A DNA stretch of 58,418 bases, counting the filler, from Sphacelaria rigidula (taxonomy: Eukaryota): assembly GCA_964200075.2 (NCBI GenBank). It is 8 parts of 8 records of this genome, joined end to end, with 100 filler letters (N's around TTAATTAATTAA, not from the genome) between each part and the next. Parts side by side here need not be neighbours in the genome. Positions count along the whole stretch, not along the records: positions 36,576 to 43,790 come from CAXNAA020015932.1; positions 43,891 to 51,104 come from CAXNAA020015933.1; 6 more parts are not named here. One strand, 5' to 3'. Each line of letters begins with the position of its first letter. The stretch's first letter is position 1. A program made the translations under genes and the position numbers. Shown here one piece after another: positions 36,665 to 49,390 of the stretch. The notes beneath the pieces were generated by a model. That model made no database searches. It worked only from the letters and a program-made list of their open reading frames with translations, and was not told the DNA's origin.

Positions 36665-37215
36665 CGGCGAAAACCTGTCGTGCTCCGTCCCGGCTTTGCA
36701 GGGGAGGAGCCCCTATAGAGTTGGCGTCGGTTGGCGATGACGCTGGAAAACACGCCACTCAATGCGTAAGCTAGGCAACCAGGTCACCGATTTTTTTTGC
36801 GTGCTTGCGTTTTTTCGGGGTAACCGTAATGGTAGTCGAGCTCGATCATGTTGTGCGGGGTGGGAGAGCCTCATCTTCGCGCACAGGAGATGATCGTACT
36901 ACGTTGAAATTCATTGGTAAGACACCCAGGAGGCAGTGTATAAGCTGTGACTGTCTCTGGAGGTGGCGATACCAGAAAATGAAGCAACTCTTTGGAGGCT
37001 GTCATCCGAATGCAAGATGATCAGTGCGCTTCGGGCCGAGCATGCTTAGTAGGATGCAGCTCACCCTTCATGGTTCGCCGAGCACATCACGGCGCTTCGC
37101 GCTTGGTGAATGATTGCGAGCGTGGTCCGACGGAAACCCGGCGTGCTACGTCCCGGCTTTGTGCTTATGCGAGGTCAATGGTCTTATGACTATGGCGTGC
37201 AATATCATGAGCTCA
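36665..37215 (+). mobile_element. Retroposon family G copy, flanked by poly-C
   Basis: Homologous to 22085-22467; ends aatggtcttatgactatggcgtgcaatatcatgagctcacccc. Confidence 0.7.
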
Positions 37216-37920
37216 CCCCCCCCGCCCCCCCCCCCCCCCCCCCCCCCCCCCCCGCTGGTGACAGAATTTATGANNNNNNNNNNCGTGCTACGCCCCGGCT
37301 TTGGGCTTATGAGGGGTCAATGGTCTGAGAACTATGGCGGGCAAAATCATTAGACCCCCCCCCCCCCCCCCCCCTTCACGTCTACACCGTTGTGAGATAT
37401 AGATACTGTAATGACATTTTTCTCCAAAAATAGAAAGAAATATAAGAGACAAGGGGAATAATCAGAATTAACAAAAAGTAGCCGGCCCCTGCAGCATGAC
37501 TTCAGGTGAACTACAGAAGACCGTGCGAGAAACACAGAAAAAGAAAAAGAAAAAATGCGGAAGAATCTGTGTGAGAGCTACACCGTCCACATTGGGTTTC
37601 CTCCCTCCGTCAAGGAAAACAAAAAAACGCTGGATAATGGCAATATATCATAACTCCGTATGTTTTCAAAAAGGGTACTGTACTGTGTACAATATCGACT
37701 ATTGCGTCTGTTGCGATAGGCAAAATATATATTCCATACTGTACGTAGTACACGTTTCGACAAGGTATTCTAGTCAATGCCCAGCGTGTGCATTGTCTTG
37801 TCGAGTTTGAGGTCTTCGGGCCATGGCTCGTGAGGAAGCCGGACACGACACCCCATGATGGATCAATCAGTGATATATTGTATTTTATTGCATTGTATTG
37901 TATCGATATTATTGTAGCCG

Positions 37921-38236
37921 CCGCGCCCCCGGTGGTGTAAATTAGAATTGTCCGACTGTCAGCACTCGGGTGGAGAGAACGTGGGTTCGATTCCCGATAC
38001 GTTGGGTTTTGCTTTATTTGCCTACCTGGTTTTCACCGTCGAAAGGGTGAGTACGTGAGTTAACAAGAAGCAGTCGACTGAGTTTGTTTGACGGGAGTTG
38101 ACGCGGTGCGGGAGTGTTGGTCATGATCCAATCCTCGATATCGAAGTGCAAGGCGTGTGCCGGGGGAGAGATGGGTTCATACCCTGAGAACACGGACTCG
38201 TCTCGAGGAAGGGGAGGGGTGTTATTCAAAATGCAA
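37921..38236 (+). mobile_element. tRNA-derived SINE (family A), copy 3
   Basis: ggtggtgtaa (A box) and ggttcgattccc (B box), followed by the family body. Confidence 0.8.
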
Positions 38237-38490
38237 CAAAATTGAAAATTACAGAGATGTGGTACACAGGATATGAGTCATAACGAGCTGCTTCAAGTCT
38301 TGGCGCCTGTTGTGTTATCCCTGTGCTCATGCACGCCGTGCGCAGACAATGAAACCGCAGCAAAAAGTTGAACTCAACCCAGGGACGATGTTTTAATGTT
38401 TTAACCAAAATTCCATGTCATCTTACCTTGGGGCAGATGTATTTTGTGCACCCGGCTGAGCTCGCGCGGTAAGTTGCGGGGTACTTCATG

Positions 38491-38594
38491 CCCCTTGGCC
38501 GCGAGGGTAGCCTATCTGTGTCATGCGTACTCGTACGTATTTCACGTGAACTTGAAGCCGATTCAACGGACGACCTATGTTCGCCGTAAAAGGG
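38491..38594. mobile_element. piggyBac-type MITE (family H)
   Basis: ccccttggccgcgaggg...aaaggg followed by TTAA. Confidence 0.7.
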
Positions 38595-38596
38595 TT

Positions 38597-38842
38597 AACC
38601 AACCAACCAACCAACCAACCAACCAACCGACTAACCGATCGGCTAACCAACCAACCAAACTACAAAACAATCGACCGACCGACCGATCAGCCAACCAACG
38701 GCCAACCAACCAACCAACCGACCGACCAGCCAACTAACTGATCGGCTAAGCAACCAACCGACCAACCAACGATCAACCAGTCAACCAACCGACTAACCAG
38801 CCACAACCATTGAAACGATGGACCAATCAACTAATCAATCAA
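38597..38842. repeat. Degenerate (AACC/GACC)n microsatellite ending at a splice acceptor
   Basis: Direct reading. Confidence 0.9.
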
Positions 38843-38848
38843 AAACAG

Positions 38849-39004
38849 GTGTTCCAACCGGCTTACGCGCCTCAGCCGGAGTACGCCTTCAAAGGAGACT
38901 GGCTTGGCACGTACGTGTCGGAGATGCTTCTTTTCCTGGGGAGTCTCAGTCTGTTCAGCGTGTTCATCCTCATCGCCATCTACTGGGCCGATCTGCTCAT
39001 GAAG
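38849..39004 (+). CDS. Internal exon of a THH1/TOM1/TOM3 (GPR137-like) multi-pass membrane protein
   Basis: aaacag acceptor, gtcagg donor, 156 bp phase 0; LLFLGSLSLFSVFILIAIYWADLL resembles the L...F.S....L...WA motif. Confidence 0.75.
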
Positions 39005-39354
39005 GTCAGGGGTATAGGGGGGCTAGCTACCACAGTAGGCAGGGTTTAAGCGGGAAGAGATGGAGGGGACTCAAGGCAGGGGTGTGGGCGGGAGGAAGAA
39101 AGTGTTTCAATGGCATGTCGGGTAGGTATACTCGATTTTGTGGTATTTTGAAAAATGGGGGATCCGACCCCATACCCACAGCAGCAGTCAGCCCAGTACT
39201 GTTGTCCCCCCCCTCTAAAGCCTATACATGGTCATTATGGCTGTCGCAGGCAGGTGATGTGCTATTTTTTAGCAACCCAAAATATCGGATATGCCGTACC
39301 TAGCACGCCCTTGAGGTGTTGACTGGTGATACAGTAATACAGGCAAAGTAGTGC

Positions 39355-40408
39355 TTTTCTTTTCTTCTTTTCTTTTCTCTTTTTTTCTTTATATTAGTTT
39401 GTTTTCTTTTTTTCATGTCTTAGGGCCTGTCTTAGCACTTTTCTTTTCTATCGAAAAAATGAGGGTGGAATCGATCTGAGCGAAAACTTTTCCTTTTGAT
39501 GCAGTTGGGTGGGGATGCGTTTTCAAGCTTTCGATCGAAAAAAGACAAAAAAAATCGTGAAACGGCACATGATTACTCGTGTATAGTACAGGCAGTCTGG
39601 ACCGTCTGGATTGCTTGCAAGCAGGGTGTGTTGAGTGCGCATGTGCGTGTTTCGTGCAGGAGGATAGAAAGGAGAAACGGGCAACGTGCAGTGCAGATAG
39701 CGCAGGACTTTCAGTTCTCTCTGCTTACAATGCGACGTGAAAGGAACTTCAGCAACGTGCAGCTTTGTAATGCCTGCACTGCCCATGAGCGTGCACGCAA
39801 CTCGGTTTCCCACCGTACCACGCAGTTCCGTCGCTGATCCCTACCATGAGAGAAGATGTGCAACTTTTCGCCGACAAAAAATCAACAAAGCACACTCGAC
39901 TACTGCAGTGTATCTATCCCTGTGCTCAACTCGTGCTCTATGCTGCAGGATTGCGGTGGCAGCTGAGAATGAGTTGGATGGAGTTTGCATGGTCCTGTTC
40001 ACAGGTGTTATCTGGCGTGGTGGTCTGTATGATAGGAGTCAAGTGCCGCTTCGTGCCTTTCGGCCGTATGTTTTCGATCGAAAACGATTGTTTTTTACCT
40101 CGTTGCATTGTTCTCCGCGCGCCGTTAGTTATAATTTTGGGTTGAAGCCTTCAAGGAACATAAAATGCGGTGGACGTATGAGATCGGCCAAAAAAAAATC
40201 TATCGCACTTTTTCGATCGAAAAAAAAGTGCCAAGACAAGCCCTTAGTCTACTGTGTTGTTCTGTTCAACTTTCTCTGTTTCTTCTTTTTCTTCAGAGAG
40301 TGTTGAAGTTTTTTTTGTCTAGGAGGGTACGTCTATCACGTTAATAATGACCACGACTGGATCCGTGGGGGGTCAGTGAAAGTGCGACGATCAGTCAATC
40401 AATCAAAT
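39355..40408 (+). mobile_element. Family B retroposon 3' end interrupted by a Harbinger MITE
   Basis: Flanks rejoin as catgtcTTAgtctact, matching the uninterrupted copy (cgtcttggtctact, reverse of ~43442-43455); AATC-type tail at ~40390-40406. Confidence 0.7.
39423..40243. mobile_element. Complete PIF/Harbinger-type (Tourist-like) MITE, 821 bp, TTA target-site duplication
   Basis: TTA|GGGCCTGTCTTAGCACTTTT ... AAAAGTGCCAAGACAAGCCC|TTA. Confidence 0.9.
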
Positions 40409-41068
40409 AATGTATCGCTTGGGCTTGACAGTTGTTTTTTTTCAATCTTTTGCGTGTTGGTAGTATAGTGGCTTCTTTTTCCTTTGCAAAATCATACTAC
40501 TCAGGGGCACACGTCGAAAAGTGGAGATGAAGTTTGTGCCGTAGGGTGGTCGAAAATGAAAAAATAAAGCAGCGGCTTACGTGGGGTAATTGGCACCAGT
40601 ATATAAAATAAAAAATAAAACGAGCACATACATGTACATCCATTACACGTTGTTAGAGTACCCTGGGGCACACATAAATGTGGAAGAAATGTACTATGAA
40701 GATATTTCTCGTGCATCCCTCTAATGCTCCCTTTTTTTGTTTTGGGAAAATCTACTAGAGTCAGTTTGCGTTTCACAATATTTTGCGCGTGCACATGTTA
40801 CACTGTGTAGTAGTAGCTTCTCGCACAAGTTTTACCTTGACTTCGCCATTCCCCTCCTTCTCCCACGAGTCTTGTCAGTGCATCACGACCCTGCTTCATT
40901 TCACCACTCTCGTACCTACCCAGCTATACCTTTGTACCCCTTATCCCGTAACGGACAAGGAAGAATGTCGTGTCGTCAATAGCTCGAGTGTGTTGGGTGT
41001 TGGTGAGGCTGAGGTCAGGTGTTCGGGTACTGTGCTCATTAGGGCTCGGAAATAGTACCAGTTATAAC

Positions 41069-41069
<1 letters not shown>

Positions 41070-41113
<44 letters not shown>
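41070..41113. repeat. (GTT)n microsatellite
   Basis: Direct reading. Confidence 0.95.
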
Positions 41114-42805
41114 CTTCACATTCAAAACCGTCCCGATATCTGCGCGGTACATGCTGGCCATTATTATTATAACGGTAGTAATGGTAATGGTTGTATGAAA
41201 AAATTGGATAACGGTTTCAAACCATTACTTGCGGTTGCCGACTTTACAAGCCGTTACCGGCTACGTATGCTACATACAGCCCTTTAAAGTTGGCCCAAAT
41301 TTCACGTATTTTTTAGATATAGTGAAGCAAAATCGCGCAAAACCGTGCCTCCGGCACGGTGTCTCCAGAGGGGCCCTTCGGGGGCGCCTCCGGCGGGCTC
41401 CCTCTGCTGAGGGGGGGCATTTTGGCTCGCGGCTGCGCCGCTCGATGACCAAACCATGATTTACCATTCAGCTGGTTTATGGTTTGACAAACCATTCCCG
41501 AGCTCTAGTGCTCATGCTTTTGGGATTGGGGGTTGAGGCTAGGGATAGATCTTGAGTGTGCTATCGATATTTTTCCAGGGTTATGCATAGGACCTACGGC
41601 TACTATAGGTGTTTTGGTGCTCCGGTCATTCTCCACGATGGGTTTAGGTAGTGGACGTTTTTGGGTGTCGGCAGCATACGCATATGTAATTGATTGATTG
41701 ATCGATTGATCGATTGATCGATTGATTGATTGCCGCCTGTGGCACAAAAAGCGATGCGCTATGGATGTAGCCGTGGTTACATACGGGATAGACGTACTGG
41801 AAGTGAATGAGCAGAAACACTCGCTAAAGGATTGAGACCCCGGGAAAAGGGGGTGGGGGGTGGGGGAGGAATGAAGGGATGAAAATGGAAATAATGAAAA
41901 GGGGAAAAATATTCGAACATGGAGAATGACCAAATATGGGATAACGAGAAGAGAGGAAAACAAGAATGCCGCCAGGGGAAGAACACGTGTAAATGTATGT
42001 GGAGAGAGAAATAGATAGAGATATCCATAACTCCTTTTGCCGGGGAAAGGTTTTCAAGAGTGCGTTAGATTCTATCCATTATGAAAGTGCGTGCATGATG
42101 CTTCATTGCTCATCATCAACCAGCACATTTTTACATACATATTCCGTCTGTTCCAAATGTCTGCTTGCTTGTAAGTATTTGGCCGTTCGGGTACAATGAT
42201 TTCAGCAACATTGCCATAGTCGGGTTTGTTTGAAATATGTGGCGCGGATGATGCTATTAATAGTCTAAGAAAAAAAGAGCTAATTTTACGTGCGTAAAAC
42301 ATGAAATGAGTCAATTTATCCCCAAGTTTGACCTTTTCGAGATTTTTTCTCAGGAAGTCGTGGAGAATTGTTTCAAGATTGTTCTGAGTTTTTTTTTCTC
42401 GTTTTTTTTTTATTTATATTTTTTCTCGATTTTCTACTTCAAACTCCAGTGACGTTGAAGATGAAGACAACCTTTTAACTTTCTCGACGTATTTTGCCCG
42501 TCAAAACAGGAGGCGAGAAACGGCCAATTCCGGACCGACTGATTTTTCGTGGCCGTTCGACCCGCGCCTGGGCAAGCGGCAACTGTTGGGCAAAAAAAAA
42601 GGACACCGTCAAGAAAACAATAGGAAAAAATTCGGACAACCGTTAAGGGCCCGCCCGAATGTAACCAAGCAAACATTTGGGACGCGAAAACAATGCGGAA
42701 CGATAAAAGTATGTGCAGCAACCGCCGCAGTCTCTGTGCGCGTGAAAGAGTCGGCTATTCTTGTGTGTCGTGTACCGTGTACCCCACCCCTTGGAAAACC
42801 GGCAG

Positions 42806-42948
42806 ATTTTCAAGGATAGCGTCCGACCCTCACGGCCGATGGCATCGTTCAAGACGGTGGCGGCATGCTTGGTGGCGGCGCAAGGTCTGAACTCTTGCCT
42901 GTTCTTAGCTCGAGTGTACAGCAGCCAGGGGATGATCTTGTTCGACAG
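42806..42948 (+). CDS. Probable next exon of the same membrane protein (IFKDSVRPSRPMASFKTVAACLVAAQGLNSCLFLARVYSSQGMILFD)
   Basis: cggcag acceptor in phase 0, hydrophobic helix, cag|gt donor. Confidence 0.65.
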
Positions 42949-42980
42949 GTAAAAAGCCAACACCACCATCACCTTCTTCT

Positions 42981-43033
<53 letters not shown>

Positions 43034-43267
43034 GTATTCTTTTCAAAAAACATACCTTACACTTAAATGGGTAGGAACAGGCCCAAGATTTTANNNNNNN
43101 NNNCAGGTTAGAGGCCTTCCCCCCCCTCTCCTTCTTCTTTTTTTTTCTCTTTTTTTTTTTTTCTCTTTTTGTTCTTCTTGTCTGTCATAGGTATGCTTTT
43201 CAAAAACCATACCTACCACTTAATCGGGTCGGAACAGGCCCATGATCTGAAGGGATCAACTCGTGAG

Positions 43268-43560
43268 TGATTGATTGGTTGATTGACTTACTGACTAATT
43301 AGTTATTGCACCTTGATGGACCCCCCAGGATCCAGCCGTGGTCACATGCTAGACGTACGTACCCAAGACGAGACAAAACAAAACTGAAACGTTCGCTGAG
43401 GAAAAAAGACGGAACAGAAAAAAAATCGAAAATAACGACAAAGTAGACCAAGACGTTAAAAAAAACGAAATAGATAAAAAAAGTCGGAAAAAGGAAAGCA
43501 CAGAAAGAAATGGCTGGTCAAAAACAAAAACAAAAAGGAAAGTAGAAAGAAAACAACAAA
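43268..43560 (-). mobile_element. Family B retroposon 3' end
   Basis: gaccacggctggatcctgggggg...caagg + (aatc)n on the minus strand. Confidence 0.7.
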
Positions 43561-43790
43561 TAAGGAGATAAAAGAGCATAGAAGACGAAAAGAAGGAAGA
43601 AGCCCAAGGGATTCAGGGCAGAATATGTATGTATATGTATGCGTATATATCTATCTCCCCAGGTATAGTAGTTTCGTACCCAGTCGGCCTTGGTCATTTT
43701 TTGTTTTGCGCATTCTACTCTCATTCTCTGGTTAGACACCCAGGAGGCAGTGTAAAACCGTGGCTGTCTCTGGAAGTGGCGATACCACAG

Positions 43791-43890
43791 NNNNNNNNNN
43801 NNNNNNNNNNNNNNNNNNNNNNNNNNNNNNNNNNTTAATTAATTAANNNNNNNNNNNNNNNNNNNNNNNNNNNNNNNNNNNNNNNNNNNN
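43791..43890. other. Artificial contig linker
   Basis: Same structure. Confidence 0.98.
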
Positions 43891-44099
43891 AAAAAAACCG
43901 ACCGCGAAACCCAAACCCCGCGGGGCGCGGGCCCGGACGCGCGGGCCCCCTCCCCCCCCCCCCCCCCCCCCCCCCCCTCCCCTCCCCTCGATCTCACACA
44001 CATTGCATACATAAGAGATTTTTTCGTGTGACGTGAAAGGCGGGAAGGAGGAAAGCCACTGGCTGCAGTAGGGGTGCGGCACCGGCAGCACCAGCAGCA

Positions 44100-45440
44100 A
44101 TGGGGAATCTCTGTACGGGGCCAAGCTCCACGGAGCGGCAACGAAAGCGAGAAGCGCGAAGAGGTGGATCCGGTTCCACAACCGGGTTCTCTCCCACGGA
44201 GGATCCGCACACTGTTCAAGATGGAACCGGTCCAGATGTTTTGCCAGGCGACGGAGCCACGCGGACATTCGGGCTTTCTTCCTCCTCGGCACAAAATCAA
44301 CAACAGCGCAGCCGAGAGAACTCATACGGGGGTATCACACCGAACGGGGTCTCGGGGGGTCGTGGTTCGCCAGCCGCCCCAGATGATGTGGACCTTCAGG
44401 AAAAACTGTATTCAGAACGAGAGCGGGAAAGACAGCAGCAGTTGCAGGAAGAGCAAGAGCAACAGCGGCAACAAACACGTCTGGATCACAGCCGACGCAG
44501 CGACCGGAGCAACACGCGCTCAGGGGAAGATGAATATGATGGGGATCACCAGCAGCTGCACAGCTCTTCCGACCCGCCTCTCAATCGCTCCCACCGCCGG
44601 GAGTCAAGTCGCGACCGAGCCTCGGCGGGAGCGGGGGCACAACACGAGGGTAGTCGAGGAGATGGGGGAGTGCCATCGGGGGATGAGCAGCGCAGCGAAA
44701 GGGGAGCGGAGCACCGGGAGCGGCGGCACCGTAGCGAACGGCGGGACGGAGAAAGCGGGCGCCGAAAGTCGAAGCGTTCGTCGGGGTCCGGAGGCGATAA
44801 GGCGGACGGCAGCAGCAGCAAGAGCAGCAAGAAGGAGGGGGAAGCCGGAGAGCAGCGATCGAACTCCACGCGCAGCAGCCGGAAGGGATCTTCTCGCCGC
44901 AGCAGCGGCGACCAGAGCGGCCGCCGGCCGCGCAGCGAGCGGTCGGAGGAGGAGATTGCGAAACGCAAAGCGAGGCGTGAACGTGACAAGGCCGCCCGCG
45001 CGAACGGAAAGCCGGAAAGCGAAGAGGGTAAGCGCGAGCGGCAAGAGAGAAAAGAGCGAAGAGAACAGAAGAAGGCAAAGGAGGCGGCGGCAGCTGCCGC
45101 TGCTTCGGGTGGGGCAGCGTTGTCGGAGGCGGCGGGTGGCGGTGGCGGGAGGGGCAGCGGCACGACGGCTTCAGAACCCGCCGCGTCGTTCCAGGGCAGC
45201 TCGGAGAGTAAGCGCGAGCACAAAAAGAGTCGCCGAAAGGCGGAGGCGGCTGCTGCTGCCGCGTCTGCGGCGGGTGGAGTGGGGAGTGCTGAGGGGGATG
45301 GGCAACTTCAGAAAGTGAACGATGAGGAGAGGCTGGGGTTGGCTGGGAGCGGCGGTGCAGGGGCTGGAGAGGGTGTGGCGGTTGATGCCGCGCAAGCGAA
45401 CGGACATAACAAGAAAAAGGGGTCATCTTCATTCAGAAAG
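44100..45440 (+). CDS. First exon (447 codons) of a predicted N-myristoylated/palmitoylated R/S/E/K-rich low-complexity protein
   Basis: MGNLCTG start, long open frame, aag|gtgagt donor at 45441; function unknown. Confidence 0.82.
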
Positions 45441-45886
45441 GTGAGTGTGTGTGACGCGTGTGTTGTGTGTTGTCCGTATTTGGTTGCTGTCTGTGTCTTG
45501 TTTCCGTTTCGAGCGAAAGATGAGAAGGAGCAAGCAGGAGAGACCAGAGAGGAAGGGACGATGTTGCGGTTGCTGTTTTGAACGAAGCATGTTTGTTGGA
45601 AATAAATGCATGATACGGGGTCTGTACAGTAGCTTCACGATCAAGATCCAATGCAATCACTGCAACGTGCTCTTTGCAGGCTGTGAAGCGCAGCTTGATG
45701 GGCGTGGCACAAGAGATGGCCCGTCGTCTATTATATGGTCTGTGGTGCATGTCTGTGTTTCGACGCGTGCGATATGTATGGGGTCTGCCGAGGTTGCGAA
45801 ACGCGGAGTATTTTTGGTTTATTCCGGCGCTGGAGACATGGTCGCGATAGTCAAAATACCGTTTACCAGTCTTGCGTTGTACTTGA

Positions 45887-46192
45887 CCCTTGGACCGCGG
45901 TGCGGGTAGTCCATCTGGACCACGGGTACTTTTTTCAAGTAAATATTGATGCCGATTCCGCAGATGACCTGCCCTAGCTGTCTGAGGGTTGACCCTTAAT
46001 CCGCGAGATTAGTCTTTCTGGATCATGCATACTTTTTTTCACTTGAAATTGATGCCGATTCAACAGACGTCTAACGTCGCGGTCTAAGGCTTAATCCTTT
46101 GACCGCGAGGGTAGGTTGCTGCTGAATCGGCATCAATATTTACTTGGAAAAAGTATGCATGATCTACCTAGATTACCCTCGCGGTCTAAGGG
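45887..46192. mobile_element. Three abutting piggyBac-type MITEs (45887-45988, 45993-46090, 46095-46192 inverted)
   Basis: Junctions TTGA, TTGA, TTAA, TTAA; CCCT...AGGG-type termini; shared gatgccgattc core. Confidence 0.85.
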
Positions 46193-46990
46193 TTAACTGC
46201 ATTGTAATCCAGCTCTCCCTGCACCATGATACAACTCACATATTTTCATGTGTCGGTTTCTAGTCTGACCAATCTCTGTATGCGTGGCGATCGGGCATAC
46301 ACATGTTCAGACTTGAGCTTGACACACCCAAAATGGACACATCCGTTCGCAATTGATTCTGGGATTCAAGCAACTTGCCCAGAGCAGTTTGCTCTCTCCT
46401 ATCTTGTTTGCTTCCATGCCTTCGATGTCGTTCAGTCTCCCATGCTCCTCTCTTCGAGTATTCACCCAATCACTCCTGCGCTCCCCTTCCCTCTCCGAAC
46501 ACCACAAAATACGAACCTCCTTTGTGCTGCTGCGGTGGCATCACGCGTTCGTCGTTCGTTGGGATGAGATACCTCTTCATGTCCTGAATGTGGCCGTTTC
46601 TCACTCAGGCACAGTATGTATGACGTTGATGCCGTCTGTATGTAAGCCAGCTATGTATCTCCCGAGAAATAAACCTCAGGGTGATGGCTTCGATGACTTT
46701 GATCACCCAAGTGTATGACGCTGTATATGCGGTAAGGTGTACCCGGCGCATTAGATCTTCGTTGTTATGTTTTAGTCGGTGAATCGGATATTGTGCCAAC
46801 ATTTGGAGATATTTTTTTCCAGGATTGTGGGGGGGTTGGGAGGAGGGCAAAGTATCCCCCTCGCCGAGTGGTGAAATCTGGTCACCAACGTCAGTTCAGC
46901 GCTGCAGAGAAGGAATTCCAACACGATGTGACTTCTTCAGCAACCTGCACTCTTGATACTAGGGTCTGGACCCGTACCCGCAGTTACTCC

Positions 46991-47220
46991 TATACCCTGA
47001 TGAAGAGGGATGAGGGAGACTTGAATTCCACCCCCAGTAATTGCACATTTGTAGTAACGTGAAAAGGGTTGTGAGGGAGGGGGGAGGGGAGAGGGGGCCT
47101 ATGTATCCCGATGAAGAGGGATGAAAGAGGGGGAGGAAATTGGGTGCTTGAATTCCACCCCCAGTAGGTGCTCATTTGTAGTAGCGTTTAAAAGATTGTG
47201 GGGGAGGAGGGAGGGGGGAG
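46991..47220. repeat. Imperfect direct duplication of a ~110-bp unit
   Basis: gatgaagagggatga...ttgaattccacccccagta...atttgtagta occurs twice. Confidence 0.8.
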
Positions 47221-47225
47221 GCGAG

Positions 47226-47416
47226 GGCGTACTCATTTGTTGCTTGCCTTAGTCGCTCGATCATTGACTATGCATCCCTTTCGAGACGGAGCACCGCGGG
47301 GGGGGGGCAGGGGGTGGGGCGTTCTCATTTGTTGCTTGCCTTAGTCGTTTGGCCATTGCCCACGCATCCCTTTTGAGATGGAGCACCGTTCCTACTTCTA
47401 ATAGAGACACCTCCAG
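47226..47416 (-). mobile_element. Two short tandem 3' fragments of LINE family C separated by a G run
   Basis: ctcatttgttgcttgccttagtcg occurs at ~47232 and ~47324. Confidence 0.85.
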
Positions 47417-49390
47417 GGGGAGGGGGGGGGGGAGGGCTGGAAGGTAGTGGAGTGTGTCCGCGATGGTGTCGGGCAGACTATGGTCTGTGCTTGGACCCTC
47501 TCCTCTCAAACGTTTCACCGTGTGCATGATCCTCGTAACGCCCCCTCCCCCCTCGTTTCAAGAATGTAGATGTACCCCCACTCTTTTCATTAACCCCTGC
47601 CCCCATTTTTTCTTCTCCCCTCATTCGTGTGTGGTGGGTGTTTCGGGCAAGGAAGATGAAAACACTACTTCTCCCTGAAGACATGCACCCACACAGCGCC
47701 CATAACGGTGCCTTCCTTGCCTGTTACGTTATCATGCGTACGGGCGGTCTGGATGACGAGGATCCAGAGACTGGATGACGAAGATCCAGAGAGCGTTTTT
47801 GCCCCTTGTTTTCTCAACTGTCGCCAAGACCTGTTTGTACGGTAGCTCCCACGGAACTTGAGCCTGGCGCATGGCATCCAGTTGTGGGATCCGTTGTGCA
47901 TGTTCCGAAGTCAGCGGATGCAGTGTAGATTCACCGCCTTGCAGTTCAACCATTCTGGATCGTCTCGGTCTATTCACAGAGTCAAGGGGCTTGGCTACAG
48001 GGACGGGGAAAGGGGGGGGGGGGGCAGGGATGATATGAACGGAGGGCGTGTCCTTGTGATGTTTGTAGGGTTTCGTAATTCCTGTCCCCTAGACAAGGAC
48101 TACGACAATCATTTCCCACGATCAGCAGCTTGCCTTCTGAGTCTAGTGCCCCTTTCAACGGGCTTACACCACGGAGGATCGTCAACCTGGCTTTGCTCCA
48201 TTCTCCATGGAACATCCACGAACCTACTCTACAACCAGTTGCAGGGCAATGACGCAGTCAGTGCCTGCGGTGGTGAATCTTTCTTGGGAGCGTGGGAGCA
48301 CAGTGTCCTCCGTGTGAAAGTGTATTCGTACTGTACTGCAGCGTTTGTTTTTACCAGCCCTCCGTGCGCGATGCTGTAGCGAACTTTTTCGGAATAATGA
48401 TCATCCTGCGCCGGATGTTAAGGTGCGGCGGGACGCGCACTTCTCCCAAGAATTGCATGCATGTACGAGCTGGACCAGCTTATGGTGTTTCTTATCCGTA
48501 CTCGAGTAACGCGATTGTTAATTCGAAGCGTCAGTGGCTGAAATTGTGACACTCGAAAAAAAGAAAATCTCAGCACGCGCAACAATTCTCGGGATGCCAA
48601 GAAAAAAGAGCAGATAAGCTAGAGCGATTTGGAAATCAGCAAAGGCTGGAAAATGTCATAACTACGTGAGGAGATGAAAACGGCATCCACAAAAGTGTTG
48701 TACGTACTTGCGCGTAGGAGATCCTGGTAAAATTTCCGCCTTGGAAAAAGTCCTGATACTGGGTCGAGCGTGACACTTTTTTTTTTTTTGTGATGCCGCT
48801 GCGCCCCAGTGGTTCAAGTGATGTACGAGTTCCGACACGAGCAGTTTCCCCCCCATAATCTGGCAGATTCCATTTTTCCAACTTGAAGAAAAAATGATCA
48901 CTATCGGGGATGTACTTGATCGAGGGAAAGCAGTGCAGCCCAGTCTCAGTTGGATACTTGTGCCCGTGCCCGTTGTATGTGATGATCGGCTCGAATGTCG
49001 TCTCCCATGGTGAAGCTGCCCACGAGCTTGATGCTATTTCGCAGCTTTCCCAGTGCACTCTCGATTACTGTGCGTAACAAAGTTGTCACACGTAATTCCT
49101 CCGCGTTTCCTACAACGAAATACTTGAGAAACATGCTCTCACGCCGCGGAATGAGACGTGCCCGGTACTCGATGCAGTACGATGACGTCATCTCCATTAC
49201 TGCGCCAATCGACCAGCGGCGGAGCCGTGCGTTACCATGTTGGTCTGCAGTTCACAGCGACATGCTTGAGTCGGGCTGATTTGGGAGACTTGAGAAGTTG
49301 TCAGATGACATGCGTCTGTACGTTTCACGGCTGGCCCAGCTTGTACTTGTTTTTGCCTCACGTATTTTATTTATTATTTATTATTTTTTT

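Noticed and set aside
37140-37375. Tandem duplicate of the family G tail around the 10-N gap at 37274-37283
   Set aside because: Probably an unmerged overlap beside poly-C; cannot be trusted as a real duplication
37925-37996. tRNA gene
   Set aside because: A and B boxes are present but there is no proper cloverleaf; it is the head of a four-copy SINE
42946-43250. Tandem duplication around the 10-N gap at 43094-43103
   Set aside because: The first copy looks like a low-quality read through poly-T; probably an unmerged overlap
44074-45432. Long overlapping ORFs (414 aa plus strand; 225 and 283 aa minus strand)
   Set aside because: Shadow frames of a GC-rich low-complexity exon; only the 44100 frame has a credible start and donor
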